Positions 17,698 to 26,849 of a stretch of DNA of 49,721 nt are shown in pieces (the first letter of the stretch is position 1; every line of letters begins with the position of its first letter). This stretch comes from a virus (taxonomy: Duplodnaviria; Caudoviricetes). Below the pieces are notes generated by a model, which searched no databases, was not told the DNA's origin, and saw nothing but the letters and a program-made list of their open reading frames with translations. Both the position numbers and the translations under genes were made by a program. Location: positions 1 to 49,721 of the IMG/VR virus record IMGVR_UViG_3300031452_000170; one strand, written 5' to 3'.

Positions 17698-18026
17698 GGC
17701 AGCCGGCCTTTCAGCTCGTCGATCTGGGCCTGCAGGTCGGCCATCATCATCTGCGGGGTGGGCTCCGCCGGCGGCGGGGTGTGGAAGTGCATCCGCAGCC
17801 CCCACCCGTGCTCCTCGATGGTCTGGTGGGCGGCGTCGACGTGCTCGTGGAGCTCGCCGATGGCGGTGAGGATCTGCTGGGGCTCGGCGGGCTCGGAGCG
17901 GTCCCGGGTCGCCGGGAGGCCGTGGGTGGCCTCGGTGCTGATCACCCGGCACCCCGCGTTCTGTAGCGCGGTCTGGGCCTGGCTGGAGTGGACGGCGGGG
18001 CCGGAGACGATGATGGTCAGAGACAC
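17694..18026 (-). CDS. Hypothetical protein
   Basis: GTG 18026 with GAAAGG RBS; C-terminal DLQAQIDELK. Confidence 0.6.
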   Translation of the reverse strand: MSLTIIVSGPAVHSSQAQTALQNAGCRVISTEATHGLPATRDRSEPAEPQQILTAIGELHEHVDAAHQTIEEHGWGLRMHFHTPPPAEPTPQMMMADLQAQIDELKGRLP

Positions 18027-18039
18027 GCGGTTGCCTTTC

Positions 18040-18297
18040 TCATAGCTGGACCCAGGTGCCGGTCTGGTAGGAGGCGATCCCGAACAGCGGCCGGCCGGTG
18101 GAGACGCTCGTGAGGTTGGTGATCGGCGTGATGTTCCCGACCACCACCACCGCATGGCCGTGCTTGGGGTCGCCGGTGGCGCCGGTCGGGTCAGAGACGA
18201 CCAGCTGCTGCTGGGTCTCCAGGGCCCGCAGGCGCTGCTCGAAGTCGGCGAGCATGGCCGCGAAGGCGTTGCGGGCAGGATCGGGTCTGCCAGGCAT
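18040..18297 (-). CDS. Small minor tail protein
   Basis: LADFEQRLRALET coiled coil; GGAGG RBS. Confidence 0.7.
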   Translation of the reverse strand: MPGRPDPARNAFAAMLADFEQRLRALETQQQLVVSDPTGATGDPKHGHAVVVVGNITPITNLTSVSTGRPLFGIASYQTGTWVQL

Positions 18298-18309
18298 CGG
18301 GCGGTCCTC

Positions 18310-19494
18310 CTAGACGGGTGGTTGGGGCGGCGGGATGCTCTGCACCGGCGGGACCGCCAGGTCGAAGAGCAGCGTGGGCAGCCCCTTGTCGGGGACGGTG
18401 GCGGTCCAGTCGGTCATCCGCCACTCGAAGCTCATGCCGCTCGGGAACCTGGGGTCGGTGTTCTCCCCGCCGCCGGCGACCGGGTCGATGCGGAACAGCA
18501 GGTTGTCCCCGACCCCGAAGTCCCCAAAGTTGATCTTCCCCGGGTCCACGTTGCCCGAGGTGTCGGGCAACGTGATGGGGATCGTGATCGTGGGGGTGAC
18601 GACCGGATAGCCGAGGATGCCGAGGTCCCCGAAGGCGATGTTCGCCAAGGTGCCGGGGTCGTTTACGAATGTGCGGGCGAAGGTCTTCTCCAGCAGCGGG
18701 TAGCCGGCTATCTCGGCGGCGGCGTTGGTGGGCTGAATGCCGCCGGTGCCCGACCCCGTCTCGGTGATCGACGTGGCCTGCTGGCTGCCGTCCTCGGGGT
18801 AGGTGTAGTCGACGCAGTCCGAGCCGAGGATCACCAGCTGGCTCTGGGCGTAGGTGCGTCCCTGCCGGGGATACCAGAGGTTTAGCTTCACCGCCGGGGT
18901 CGAGGTCCCCGGCAGGTAGGCCACATCAAAGCTGTAGTCAAAGCCGAACGTGTACCCCATCTGCGACAGGGTGGAGAGGATCGAGTCGATCGTCTGCAGC
19001 GACGTGGCGGGGTAGGACGGCGCGACCCGCGGGCCGCCCTCAGCACCCACGGGGTTGAGCACCAGCGGGATGCCGCCGAACACGCTGCCCTTGGCCTGGG
19101 CGTCGGCGATGACCTGCTGGGCGACGAGCATCGGGTCGGCGCCCGCCGACCACGTGTTGGAGTAGTCGGCGGCCTGCAACCGGGACTTGAAGTAGGAGCC
19201 GAAAGTGCTAGCCCCGACCTTCAGCGTCGGGCCAGTCTTGGAGTAGTTGCGCGTCCAGATGATCCCGCCCCACACCAGGGCGCCGAGGAAGTCGACGAAC
19301 AGCGCCGTCTTTGACGGCAGCGTCGCCTGGTTCCAGTTCATTGCCTGCACCGCCGGGCTGGCCAATGGCAGCGCTCCCGCCCACGGCCCGGGGGCGTTGA
19401 GCTTCTCGCCGAAGGTCACGCCCTGGAAGGGGAGCGCGTCCAGCGGCTTGACCGCCATCAGATCCCAGGAGAGGTAGGTGAACGGATTAGCCAC
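18310..19494 (-). CDS. Minor tail protein (baseplate hub/Tal-like)
   Basis: LPF.GVTF...LN.PG, LVWGGIIW, GFDYSFD; follows the distal tail gene. Confidence 0.85.
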   Translation of the reverse strand: MANPFTYLSWDLMAVKPLDALPFQGVTFGEKLNAPGPWAGALPLASPAVQAMNWNQATLPSKTALFVDFLGALVWGGIIWTRNYSKTGPTLKVGASTFGSYFKSRLQAADYSNTWSAGADPMLVAQQVIADAQAKGSVFGGIPLVLNPVGAEGGPRVAPSYPATSLQTIDSILSTLSQMGYTFGFDYSFDVAYLPGTSTPAVKLNLWYPRQGRTYAQSQLVILGSDCVDYTYPEDGSQQATSITETGSGTGGIQPTNAAAEIAGYPLLEKTFARTFVNDPGTLANIAFGDLGILGYPVVTPTITIPITLPDTSGNVDPGKINFGDFGVGDNLLFRIDPVAGGGENTDPRFPSGMSFEWRMTDWTATVPDKGLPTLLFDLAVPPVQSIPPPQPPV

Positions 19495-19618
19495 GGGGCG
19501 GGGCTCCTGACTACGGGACGATTCGAGAGAAGAGGGCGGCCGAGTGGGCTCGGGGGCGGCGCTGGGTGCCCGCCGCCGCGGCCCAGCCCGCCACCACACC
19601 TCTCGAAAGCCCCAGCCT

Positions 19619-20533
19619 TTACAGCGACAGGTACGCGTCCGCGCTGTGCACGGTGAGCGTGGCGGGCACTTGGGTGCCGTCGGCGGTGCTGAACTCGATC
19701 TGGTTGGCGCCGGGCTGCAGGTTGAACCACATCGAGCCGGCCCGCAGCGCGTTGCGGCGCGAGCTGCCCTGGGTGGAGCCGGCGGTGGTGTAGGTCACAG
19801 TCCGCCAGTCAGTGTCGATCGTTAGCGTGTCCCCGACAGCCATCTGCAGCGCGAAGCTGAGCTGCGGCGCGCCGGGCAGCGACAGGCTCTGGATCGTCGG
19901 CGTGCTGCACGGCCCGGTGATGATGAACACGGGCCGGGTCTCGAAGCGCCCGGCGTTGACGACGGTGAGGACCCCGCCGGAGCCGCCGCCACCGAAGCTG
20001 ACCGGGAAGCTGGCGGGGAACTGCAGGCCGCCGAGCGGTGCGGGCAGCCCCACCGTCGCCGTCCTGGACGGGGCGGCGTACCACCGCGGGTCGGTGGCGT
20101 GAAACAGGGTGGTGGCGACCGTCCCGCGTGCCTGCACCCGGTTGAGATCGATCGGACAGTTGTGCTTGGCGGGGCGGGCCATGCACACGAACGTGCCCGA
20201 GGCGAGCTGCAGGTACAGCGGCGCCTCGGTCGCGCCTGTGGGGCCGAGCACCCCACCGAGTGCCTGCACCGCCTGATCGAGGGCGAGCGCGGTGGGCGCC
20301 CGGATCGCCTGCACGACGGTGATGTCGCGTCCGGGCAGCACCCTCTGGCCGGCGAACTCGCCCTGGTCGATGGCGCGCTGCACGTCCCCGCCGGCGATGC
20401 CCGGCATGTCGATGTTCAGGCTCTGCAGCTGATAGGTCGACCCGGCGGCCAGGCCGCCGAAGGCCAGGCCTCCGTAGGAGAGTTGCAGGAAGCTGAGCGC
20501 CGGTGGGGCCAGCGTCGGGGAGGGAAACGGCAT
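19619..20533 (-). CDS. Distal tail protein (Dit-like)
   Basis: ATDPRWY, NAG...RPVF.I.GP, LTIDT, WFNLQPGANQI; immediately after the tape measure. Confidence 0.85.
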   Translation of the reverse strand: MPFPSPTLAPPALSFLQLSYGGLAFGGLAAGSTYQLQSLNIDMPGIAGGDVQRAIDQGEFAGQRVLPGRDITVVQAIRAPTALALDQAVQALGGVLGPTGATEAPLYLQLASGTFVCMARPAKHNCPIDLNRVQARGTVATTLFHATDPRWYAAPSRTATVGLPAPLGGLQFPASFPVSFGGGGSGGVLTVVNAGRFETRPVFIITGPCSTPTIQSLSLPGAPQLSFALQMAVGDTLTIDTDWRTVTYTTAGSTQGSSRRNALRAGSMWFNLQPGANQIEFSTADGTQVPATLTVHSADAYLSL

Positions 20534-20541
20534 GGTCGCTC

Positions 20542-23500
20542 CTAGTGGGCGGTGGCGACCGGCAGCGCCCCCGTCTTCAGCGACCAGCCGACCTCGCTCA
20601 TCAGATCTGAGGCGCTCATGTTGTGGCCGTTGATCTGAAAGTTGAACGTGGCTTCCGACGGGCCGGCGGCCGGAGCGCCCGACGGGCCGGCGGCCGGAGC
20701 GCCCGCCCCGCCTGTCCCCTGGGCGGCGGCTTTGGCCACATCGAGGCTCGACTGCGCCTGGGCTTCTGCCACCGTCGCCGCGGCCTGGGCCTGGGCGAGC
20801 ACGGCGCCAAACCAGGCCTGGTCGGTCGCCGAGCCGCCCGCGGCACGATCGACGCCGAGCTGGGCAGCGTCGATCGCCTGGTTGGCGCCCTGGGTGACTT
20901 GATCCAGTGCCGTCTGCGCGTTGGCGGCGATGAGCCCCGCCCCGGTCTGCCCGGCGGCGGCCTGGCCGTCGAGGAACACCTTGGTGGAGTCCGCGATCTG
21001 GTTGGCCTGGGCCTTGGCGGTGTCGGTGATGACCACGGCCTGCCGGTTGACGTAGGCCGCCCACGCGGTCTGCTGGGCGGCGGCGGCGGCGGCGGCGGCG
21101 GCCGCGGTCTGCTGGGCGGCGGCGGCGGCGGCTGCGGCCCGGGCCGCGGCGGCCTGCTGGGCGGCGGTGACCAGAAGCCTCGTCTGGGCCGCGAGCGCCT
21201 GCGTGTGGGCGGCGACGAGCTGGCGGGAGAGCGAGGCCAAAGCCGCCTTGTGGTCGGAGCTGAGCGAGCGCTCGATGTGCCTCAGCCCTGCCTGGTGGAC
21301 CTGCCAGATGGCGGTCTGCAGCGTCTTGAGGCTGCCGGAGTGGATCGCCGTCAGCAGCTTGTTCAGGGCTGAGGTGCCGGCCCGCAGGTCGCTGGTTTGG
21401 CGCTTTGACTCGGCGGCGTGCGCGGCGGTTTGCTGCTTTAGCGCCCCCGCCTGCTGGCCGGTCTGCCTGGTGAGCGCCGCCTTCTGCTGAGCGATCTCGA
21501 CCGCCAGCGCTCCTTTGATCTGGGCGATCTGCGCGGCCGCCGCGCTTTTCTCGGACTGGCTGACGCCCTTGCCCTTCACGGACCCTTGGATCTGGGTGAT
21601 ATGCGCGCCGGCTGCGGCTTTCTCCCGAGCGATCCGGACGGCCAGCGCCGCGCGTTCGTTGGTTGCGGAGGAGGCGTGGGCCATCTCGGTGTGCATCATC
21701 GCCGGGGCGTGGCCGGTGGGTCCGCTCGCGGTGCGGGTCGGCAGCGCCTTTATGTTGTCGGCGGCAAAGGCGATCTTGCCCAGCGGCACCACGGCCTCGG
21801 GGCCCGCCTCGCCGACGACCGCGAACGTGGGCTTGGTGACGATCCCGCCCTCGGCCAGGCCGACGGCGCTTAGGGCTTTGCCGACGAGCCCGCCGCTCGG
21901 GAGGATGCTCCCGATGGCGTGCATGATCGCCCCGGGCGCCGACTCGATCCCCGACGCGATCGACGAGACGATGCTCTGGCCGAGTGAGAGGAAGGCACCG
22001 GGGATGCCCGCGATCGCGCTGCCGATCTGGCCGGGGAGCCCCGCGAAGTACCCGACGACGCTGGAGATCAGGCTGGAGGCGGCGCTCTCGATCGACTGCC
22101 ACACCCCGCCGATGTCCCCGACGATGCTCCCGACCGCCGAGAGCGCCTCGCCCGGGAGCTTGGAGAAGAACCCGACGATGTTCGCGATCAGGTTGCCGGC
22201 CTCGGAGACGAGATTGCCCGCGAGCCCCACGAAGTCCGAGGCGATGTGATCGAAGAACGCGAGCAGCTGGCCGGGGAGCTTGGAGAAGAACCCGACGATG
22301 TTCGCCACGAGCGTCCCCGCCGCCGTGCCGATCTTCGCGGCGAGCCCCACGAAGTCAGAGACGATGTGGCTAAAGAACGCGAGCAGCTGGCCGGGGAGCT
22401 TGGAGAAGAACCCGACGATGTTCGCCACGAGCGTCCCCGCCGCCGTGCCGATCTTCGCGGCGAGCCCCACGAAGTCAGAGACGATGTGACCGAAGAACGC
22501 GAGCAGCTGCCCGGGGAGCTTCGAGAAGAACCCGACGACCGCCCCGACGACCGTCGAGGTCAGCGAGCTCACCTTTGCCCAGGCGGAGCCCAGCCCCGAG
22601 GCGATGTGATCGAAGAACGCGAGCAGCTCGCCGGGGAGCTTCGAGAAGAACCTGACCACGGCGGAGACGACGCTGCTGGTCGCGGACTCGACAGCTGACC
22701 ACGCGTCCTTGATGGCGCCCACCACCTCGGTGAAGATGGCGGCGATCTGGCTATGAAACGCCCGGAACCCGGCGATGACGATGCCGATCGGTCCGAGCAG
22801 GATCTCCAGCAGCAGCTGCCAGTGGCCCTTGATAAACCCCACCACGTCGGAGACGACCGACTCGATCGCGTGCCACACCGCCTTCCAGTGGGTCACCAGC
22901 TCGTAGATCCCGCCGACGAGCAGGGCGACCGCGGCGACGATCGCCAAGATCGGCACGAGCACGGGGGCGGCGGCGACATCCATCGCCCCGAGGCCGCCGG
23001 CGGCGACGTCCCCGCCGGCCCCGACGGCTTCCAAGCCCACGCCGGCCTCCACCCCGGCGGCGCCCAGGCCCGCGAACGCGAGCTGGCCCTCGGCGGCGCC
23101 GGCGGTGATCTCGCCGCCCATCACGCCCGCTTCGGCGCCGGTGGCCGCCATCTCGGTGCCGGCGGCCCCCAGGCCCGGGATCATCTCGGCGATCTTGGGC
23201 AGGAACCGGGCGACGTTCTCGCCGGCGCGGGAGAAGCTGTCGGCGAACGCCGCCATCTTGTTGATCGCGAACACGGCGATCGCCGGCCCCAGGATCCCAG
23301 TGATCACGAGACCCAGCCCGATCAGCACCGCCTTGTGCTCGGTTACGAACGTGGTGGCGTGAGCGAACGAGCCGACGACCTTGGTGAGGATCGGGATCAC
23401 GACCGCACCGATCTTCGCGGCGAGATCCTGGCCCTCGGCCTCCAGGGTCTTCATCTCGACGTGCAGGGTCTTGGCCTGCTTGGCGGCGGCGTCGTGCGCC

Positions 23501-25230
23501 GCCCCCATCTTGGTCACGGTGCCGGTGGCCTTGTCGTAGGCGGCCGGGCCGGCGTCGATGACCTTCACCATCTGGCGGGCGGCACCGGCGCCGAACAGGG
23601 TCGAGGCGGCCGCGAGACGCTCCTGCTCTGACATCTTGGCGAACTTCGGGTGCAGCTGGTCGATGATCGACCCCATCCCGACGAACTTGCCTCGGGCGTC
23701 GAACACGGTGACGCCCATCTCCTTGTACTTGGCCTGGGCGGTCTGCACCGCGGTGGAGGCGGCGACGAAGGACTTGAGCACAGCCGCCTGCTCGGGCGGC
23801 AGCGCCGCTGAGGCCTTGGTCAGCTCCTTGGTGGTCATCGTGCCGTGCTCGTAGGCACTGGCGAGCTTCTGCGCGCTCGGGCTCAGCTGCTCGAAGGCGC
23901 CCTTCTGCTTGGCGGTGGCGGTCGCCACGCCGGTGGCGGTCTTCTCCAGCGTGTTCATCCCGGAGTTCAGGGCACCCATCGCCGCCCGCCCGGTGATCCC
24001 CTGGGAGGTCATGTCCACCAGCAGCCCGGACAGCTTCCCGACCGACCCGGCGGTGTCACCGAGCTTGGAATGGACCTTCGCGAGCTGGTTGGCGAGCGTG
24101 TCGACGCTCACGCCGGTCGCCGTCGAGGCCTGGTAGAGCACGTCGGTGACGTGCGCCGCGTCCCCGGCCGCGATGTGGAAGGACTGCATGATCGCGGCGG
24201 TCGCGTGCGTCGCGGTCCCGAGGTCGATCTGCTTGGCGGTCGCCAGGTCATCGGCGGCGGTCATGACCGACATCGCCTGGCTGCTGGTCAGCGCATGGCC
24301 CTCGGTCGCCTTGAGCTGCCCGGCGACCGTGGCGAACGCGGCGGCCATCTCCTTGCCGGAGAACTCCGACTTGCCGGCCGTCCCCAGGAACGCGTTACCG
24401 ATCTTCGTTGCCGCGGTCACGCTGATGCCGGCGGTCCCGGCGATCGCCGCGTCGGCCGTCTGCATCCCCTCGGCCATCTTCACCCCAACGGCGGCGACCG
24501 CGATGCCGCCGGCGGCGACCCCCACCAGCGCGGAGCCCCCGAGCTTGTCGAGGCTGCCGATCAGCCCCGAGGAGCGCGAGCTGGCGTGCGTGGCGGACTC
24601 CCCCGCCCTCTCCAGGCCATGGGAGAGCGACTCGACGGGCAGGCCGGTGGCCGAGAGAACGCCCGCGAGCTTGGTCAACCCGCCGCTGACGCCCTTGGAC
24701 ATGCCCTGCCCACCGCGCTCCCCGGCGCCGGCCATGTCCCCGGCGAGCTTGCCGGTCTCCTGGCTGACCCCGCGGCGGAGGTTCGCGCCGCCGAGCGTGC
24801 CGGCAGCCCCAAGGTCTGACTCCAGCTTGCTCGTGCCGCTACCGACCCCCTCGCGCAGCCGGGTGCCGGATACCGCACCGACGTTCTGGAGGTCCCCCTC
24901 GAGCTTTCCGGCCTCGGTACGCACCCCGTCGCGCAGACCCACGCCCGCGCCGGTGCCGACCTCCGAGAGGTCATGCTCGAGACCGGACGTGCCGCCCTTG
25001 ACCCCCTCGCGCAGGTTGACCCCGGACGCGGCGCCGATGGTGCCGAGGTCCCCCTCGAGCTTGCCGGCCTCGCCGCGCACCCCGCCGCGCAGCCCAGCCC
25101 CGGCGTCCTGCCCGGCGTGCTCAGCATCGCCACGCAACCCCGCGAACGCCGGGGTGGTGTCCTTCTCGAGCTCCTTGCGGAACCCGGCGGTGTTGGCGTG
25201 AACAACCACCTCCGCAACACCGACGATCAC
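20542..25230 (-). CDS. Tape measure protein
   Basis: 1562 aa, Ala/Gly-rich, periodic aromatic repeats, LAEGGIV.KPT...GEAGPEAVVPL. Confidence 0.95.
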   Translation of the reverse strand: MIVGVAEVVVHANTAGFRKELEKDTTPAFAGLRGDAEHAGQDAGAGLRGGVRGEAGKLEGDLGTIGAASGVNLREGVKGGTSGLEHDLSEVGTGAGVGLRDGVRTEAGKLEGDLQNVGAVSGTRLREGVGSGTSKLESDLGAAGTLGGANLRRGVSQETGKLAGDMAGAGERGGQGMSKGVSGGLTKLAGVLSATGLPVESLSHGLERAGESATHASSRSSGLIGSLDKLGGSALVGVAAGGIAVAAVGVKMAEGMQTADAAIAGTAGISVTAATKIGNAFLGTAGKSEFSGKEMAAAFATVAGQLKATEGHALTSSQAMSVMTAADDLATAKQIDLGTATHATAAIMQSFHIAAGDAAHVTDVLYQASTATGVSVDTLANQLAKVHSKLGDTAGSVGKLSGLLVDMTSQGITGRAAMGALNSGMNTLEKTATGVATATAKQKGAFEQLSPSAQKLASAYEHGTMTTKELTKASAALPPEQAAVLKSFVAASTAVQTAQAKYKEMGVTVFDARGKFVGMGSIIDQLHPKFAKMSEQERLAAASTLFGAGAARQMVKVIDAGPAAYDKATGTVTKMGAAHDAAAKQAKTLHVEMKTLEAEGQDLAAKIGAVVIPILTKVVGSFAHATTFVTEHKAVLIGLGLVITGILGPAIAVFAINKMAAFADSFSRAGENVARFLPKIAEMIPGLGAAGTEMAATGAEAGVMGGEITAGAAEGQLAFAGLGAAGVEAGVGLEAVGAGGDVAAGGLGAMDVAAAPVLVPILAIVAAVALLVGGIYELVTHWKAVWHAIESVVSDVVGFIKGHWQLLLEILLGPIGIVIAGFRAFHSQIAAIFTEVVGAIKDAWSAVESATSSVVSAVVRFFSKLPGELLAFFDHIASGLGSAWAKVSSLTSTVVGAVVGFFSKLPGQLLAFFGHIVSDFVGLAAKIGTAAGTLVANIVGFFSKLPGQLLAFFSHIVSDFVGLAAKIGTAAGTLVANIVGFFSKLPGQLLAFFDHIASDFVGLAGNLVSEAGNLIANIVGFFSKLPGEALSAVGSIVGDIGGVWQSIESAASSLISSVVGYFAGLPGQIGSAIAGIPGAFLSLGQSIVSSIASGIESAPGAIMHAIGSILPSGGLVGKALSAVGLAEGGIVTKPTFAVVGEAGPEAVVPLGKIAFAADNIKALPTRTASGPTGHAPAMMHTEMAHASSATNERAALAVRIAREKAAAGAHITQIQGSVKGKGVSQSEKSAAAAQIAQIKGALAVEIAQQKAALTRQTGQQAGALKQQTAAHAAESKRQTSDLRAGTSALNKLLTAIHSGSLKTLQTAIWQVHQAGLRHIERSLSSDHKAALASLSRQLVAAHTQALAAQTRLLVTAAQQAAAARAAAAAAAAQQTAAAAAAAAAAQQTAWAAYVNRQAVVITDTAKAQANQIADSTKVFLDGQAAAGQTGAGLIAANAQTALDQVTQGANQAIDAAQLGVDRAAGGSATDQAWFGAVLAQAQAAATVAEAQAQSSLDVAKAAAQGTGGAGAPAAGPSGAPAAGPSEATFNFQINGHNMSASDLMSEVGWSLKTGALPVATAH
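22150..22655. repeat. 120-bp (40-aa) tandem repeats within the tape measure gene
   Basis: FFSKLPG(E/Q) recurs at about 22151, 22271, 22391, 22511 and 22631. Confidence 0.9.
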
Positions 25231-25248
25231 CAGCCACCACCACCCTTC

Positions 25249-25575
25249 TCACTCATAGCTAACGCTGCCGAACAGGGCGTCCTTCTTGGCCGCCTCGGCA
25301 ACCGCCTCGGCGTCGAGGCCCCACTGGTCGCGGTCATGCTCCTCGGCGGCGTCGGGGTCCAGGGGCCGCTCGAGCGCCTTGTCGACGTGCTCGCGAGCCT
25401 CGTGGCGGGCGCCGCCGCCGGCGACGGCATCGTCGAGGATCAGGGCGTAGATGACATCCAGGGCGAGGACTAGCGGGAGGTCTTCGATGGCGACGCCGCG
25501 GAGCGTGCAGCGGCCCGAGATGTCCGCTTCGCAGACGAGCCAGTACTGGCAGAGTCGGACGGCGGCCGGGTAGGG
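25249..25575 (-). CDS. Tail assembly chaperone, frameshifted (gpT-like) extension
   Basis: Start-less -1 frame PYPAAVRLCQYWL...DLPLVLALDVIYALILDD...; ends just before the tape measure. Confidence 0.7.
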   Translation of the reverse strand, partial: PYPAAVRLCQYWLVCEADISGRCTLRGVAIEDLPLVLALDVIYALILDDAVAGGGARHEAREHVDKALERPLDPDAAEEHDRDQWGLDAEAVAEAAKKDALFGSVSYE

Positions 25576-25913
25576 CGCGCGGCGTAGAACTCGGTCAGCG
25601 CCGTGTACAGGTCGATCACCGCGGCCTGCTCGATCATCACGTCATCCCGGTTCAGGTAGTCCTGGAAGCGCTGCTGATCCTCCTCGAGCAGGCACTTGTC
25701 CAGGTAGTCAAGGACGGGGCCGAGCGGCACGTTGCCGTTGGGCATGGTCTGGCGGACGATGGCCAGCGCCGCGCCGGTCGGCGGGACGGGCCGGAACCGG
25801 AAGGTCTCGGCGACCTCCTCGCGCTCCAGGGTGTAGCCGACCACCTCGATCTCCAGCGGCTGGAGGTCGAGCTGCTCGGGGTTCTCTACGCGGCCGACGA
25901 CGATCGGATCCAT
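25470..25913 (-). CDS. Tail assembly chaperone (gpG-like)
   Basis: AAAGGAG RBS; ...LTEFYAARPT then a Ser/Ala-rich tail; upstream of the tape measure. Confidence 0.8.
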   Translation of the reverse strand: MDPIVVGRVENPEQLDLQPLEIEVVGYTLEREEVAETFRFRPVPPTGAALAIVRQTMPNGNVPLGPVLDYLDKCLLEEDQQRFQDYLNRDDVMIEQAAVIDLYTALTEFYAARPTRPPSDSASTGSSAKRTSRAAARSAASPSKTSR

Positions 25914-26073
25914 GGGTGCTCCTTTGGTGGGATGGCTCGGGATGGCTAGGTGGGGGGACAACGAGGTGAGTTGCCTCCGGTGAAGGGCTGCGCCCGCGGC
26001 GCCATCCCGGGGGACCGCGGGCGCCCGCTGCGCCGCGAGGAGAAGAGGGGCGCGGCGCCGCAGGGGGGAAACC

Positions 26074-26499
26074 TCAGACTTCGATGACCTTGAGCGCGTC
26101 GCGCAGAAACGGAATCGGCTTGGTCCCCGGGTGATGCACCGAGATCGCGAACACCGTGTGGCCGTGAACCTGGAACGCGAGGACCCCGCCGGGAGGGGCG
26201 GCGATGTCGTGCGCCACGGTGCCCTCGTGGACCATCAGGCTGTAGCTCTTACGCGACGGGGAGCACGACGTCGTGTCCGACTGGATGCGGACCGCCAGCT
26301 CCCCGCCCAGGGTCTCGGCGCGCTTGACGATCGTGTCCTCCAGGCACCCCGTCTTGCGATGGGGGGCGATGATCTGCTTGGCTCGCGCCTGCACCAGGGT
26401 GGAGCGCTCGATCAGCATCCGGCCGACCGGGCCCGCCGGTGAGCGCAGCAATTCCGCGAGAGCTGCGCCATCCAGGACCAGCTTGAAGTCATCTGCCAT
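26074..26499 (-). CDS. HK97 gp10-like tail-completion/neck protein
   Basis: AP..TG.L..TI, YSLMVHEGT, VHHPGTKPIPFLRDAL. Confidence 0.8.
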   Translation of the reverse strand: MADDFKLVLDGAALAELLRSPAGPVGRMLIERSTLVQARAKQIIAPHRKTGCLEDTIVKRAETLGGELAVRIQSDTTSCSPSRKSYSLMVHEGTVAHDIAAPPGGVLAFQVHGHTVFAISVHHPGTKPIPFLRDALKVIEV

Positions 26500-26512
26500 A
26501 GCGCGCTAGATT
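26483..26512 (+). promoter_or_regulatory. Promoter TTGAAG-18-TAGATT for the antisense gene pair, with ATAGC-GC-GCTAG near-palindrome
   Basis: -35 at 26483-26488, -10 at 26507-26512, GTG at 26520. Confidence 0.5.
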
Positions 26513-26519
26513 CCCTTCG

Positions 26520-26849
26520 GTGGCGTTGAGCACCAGTGACGTTGAGGCGGTCAGGGCGCAGTGGGAGGAGTGGACCGTCGACTCGGGATTCGAGCTGTCG
26601 ATTGAGGTCTGCACCGAGGAGCCATCGACGGCGGTCATCGTCGAGCGCGAAGAGATCAAGGCGGCGCCGATATTTGGCGCCCGGATCACCGGCTCGCTCT
26701 ACTGCCAGGTGACGGTCCGCCGCGGCGAGGAGGTCGTGTTCTCCGAGCGGGTGCCCTGTGACGCCGGGATGCTGCGGGCGTCGGTGACGGTGCTGGCCCG
26801 CACGATCGCGACCAGGTGGGCGCCGAGCGATGACCGAGGGGACGCCTGA
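26520..26849 (+). CDS. Hypothetical protein (antisense insertion in the tail operon)
   Basis: 109-aa ORF with GC3-rich codons behind a promoter. Confidence 0.6.
   Translation: MALSTSDVEAVRAQWEEWTVDSGFELSIEVCTEEPSTAVIVEREEIKAAPIFGARITGSLYCQVTVRRGEEVVFSERVPCDAGMLRASVTVLARTIATRWAPSDDRGDA

Noticed and set aside
19495-26073. Shared GAGAAGAGGG 10-mer and GC hairpins in the intergenic gaps at 19495-19618 and 25914-26073 as an ncRNA family
   Set aside because: The match is short and hairpins are expected at this GC content; no further similarity seen
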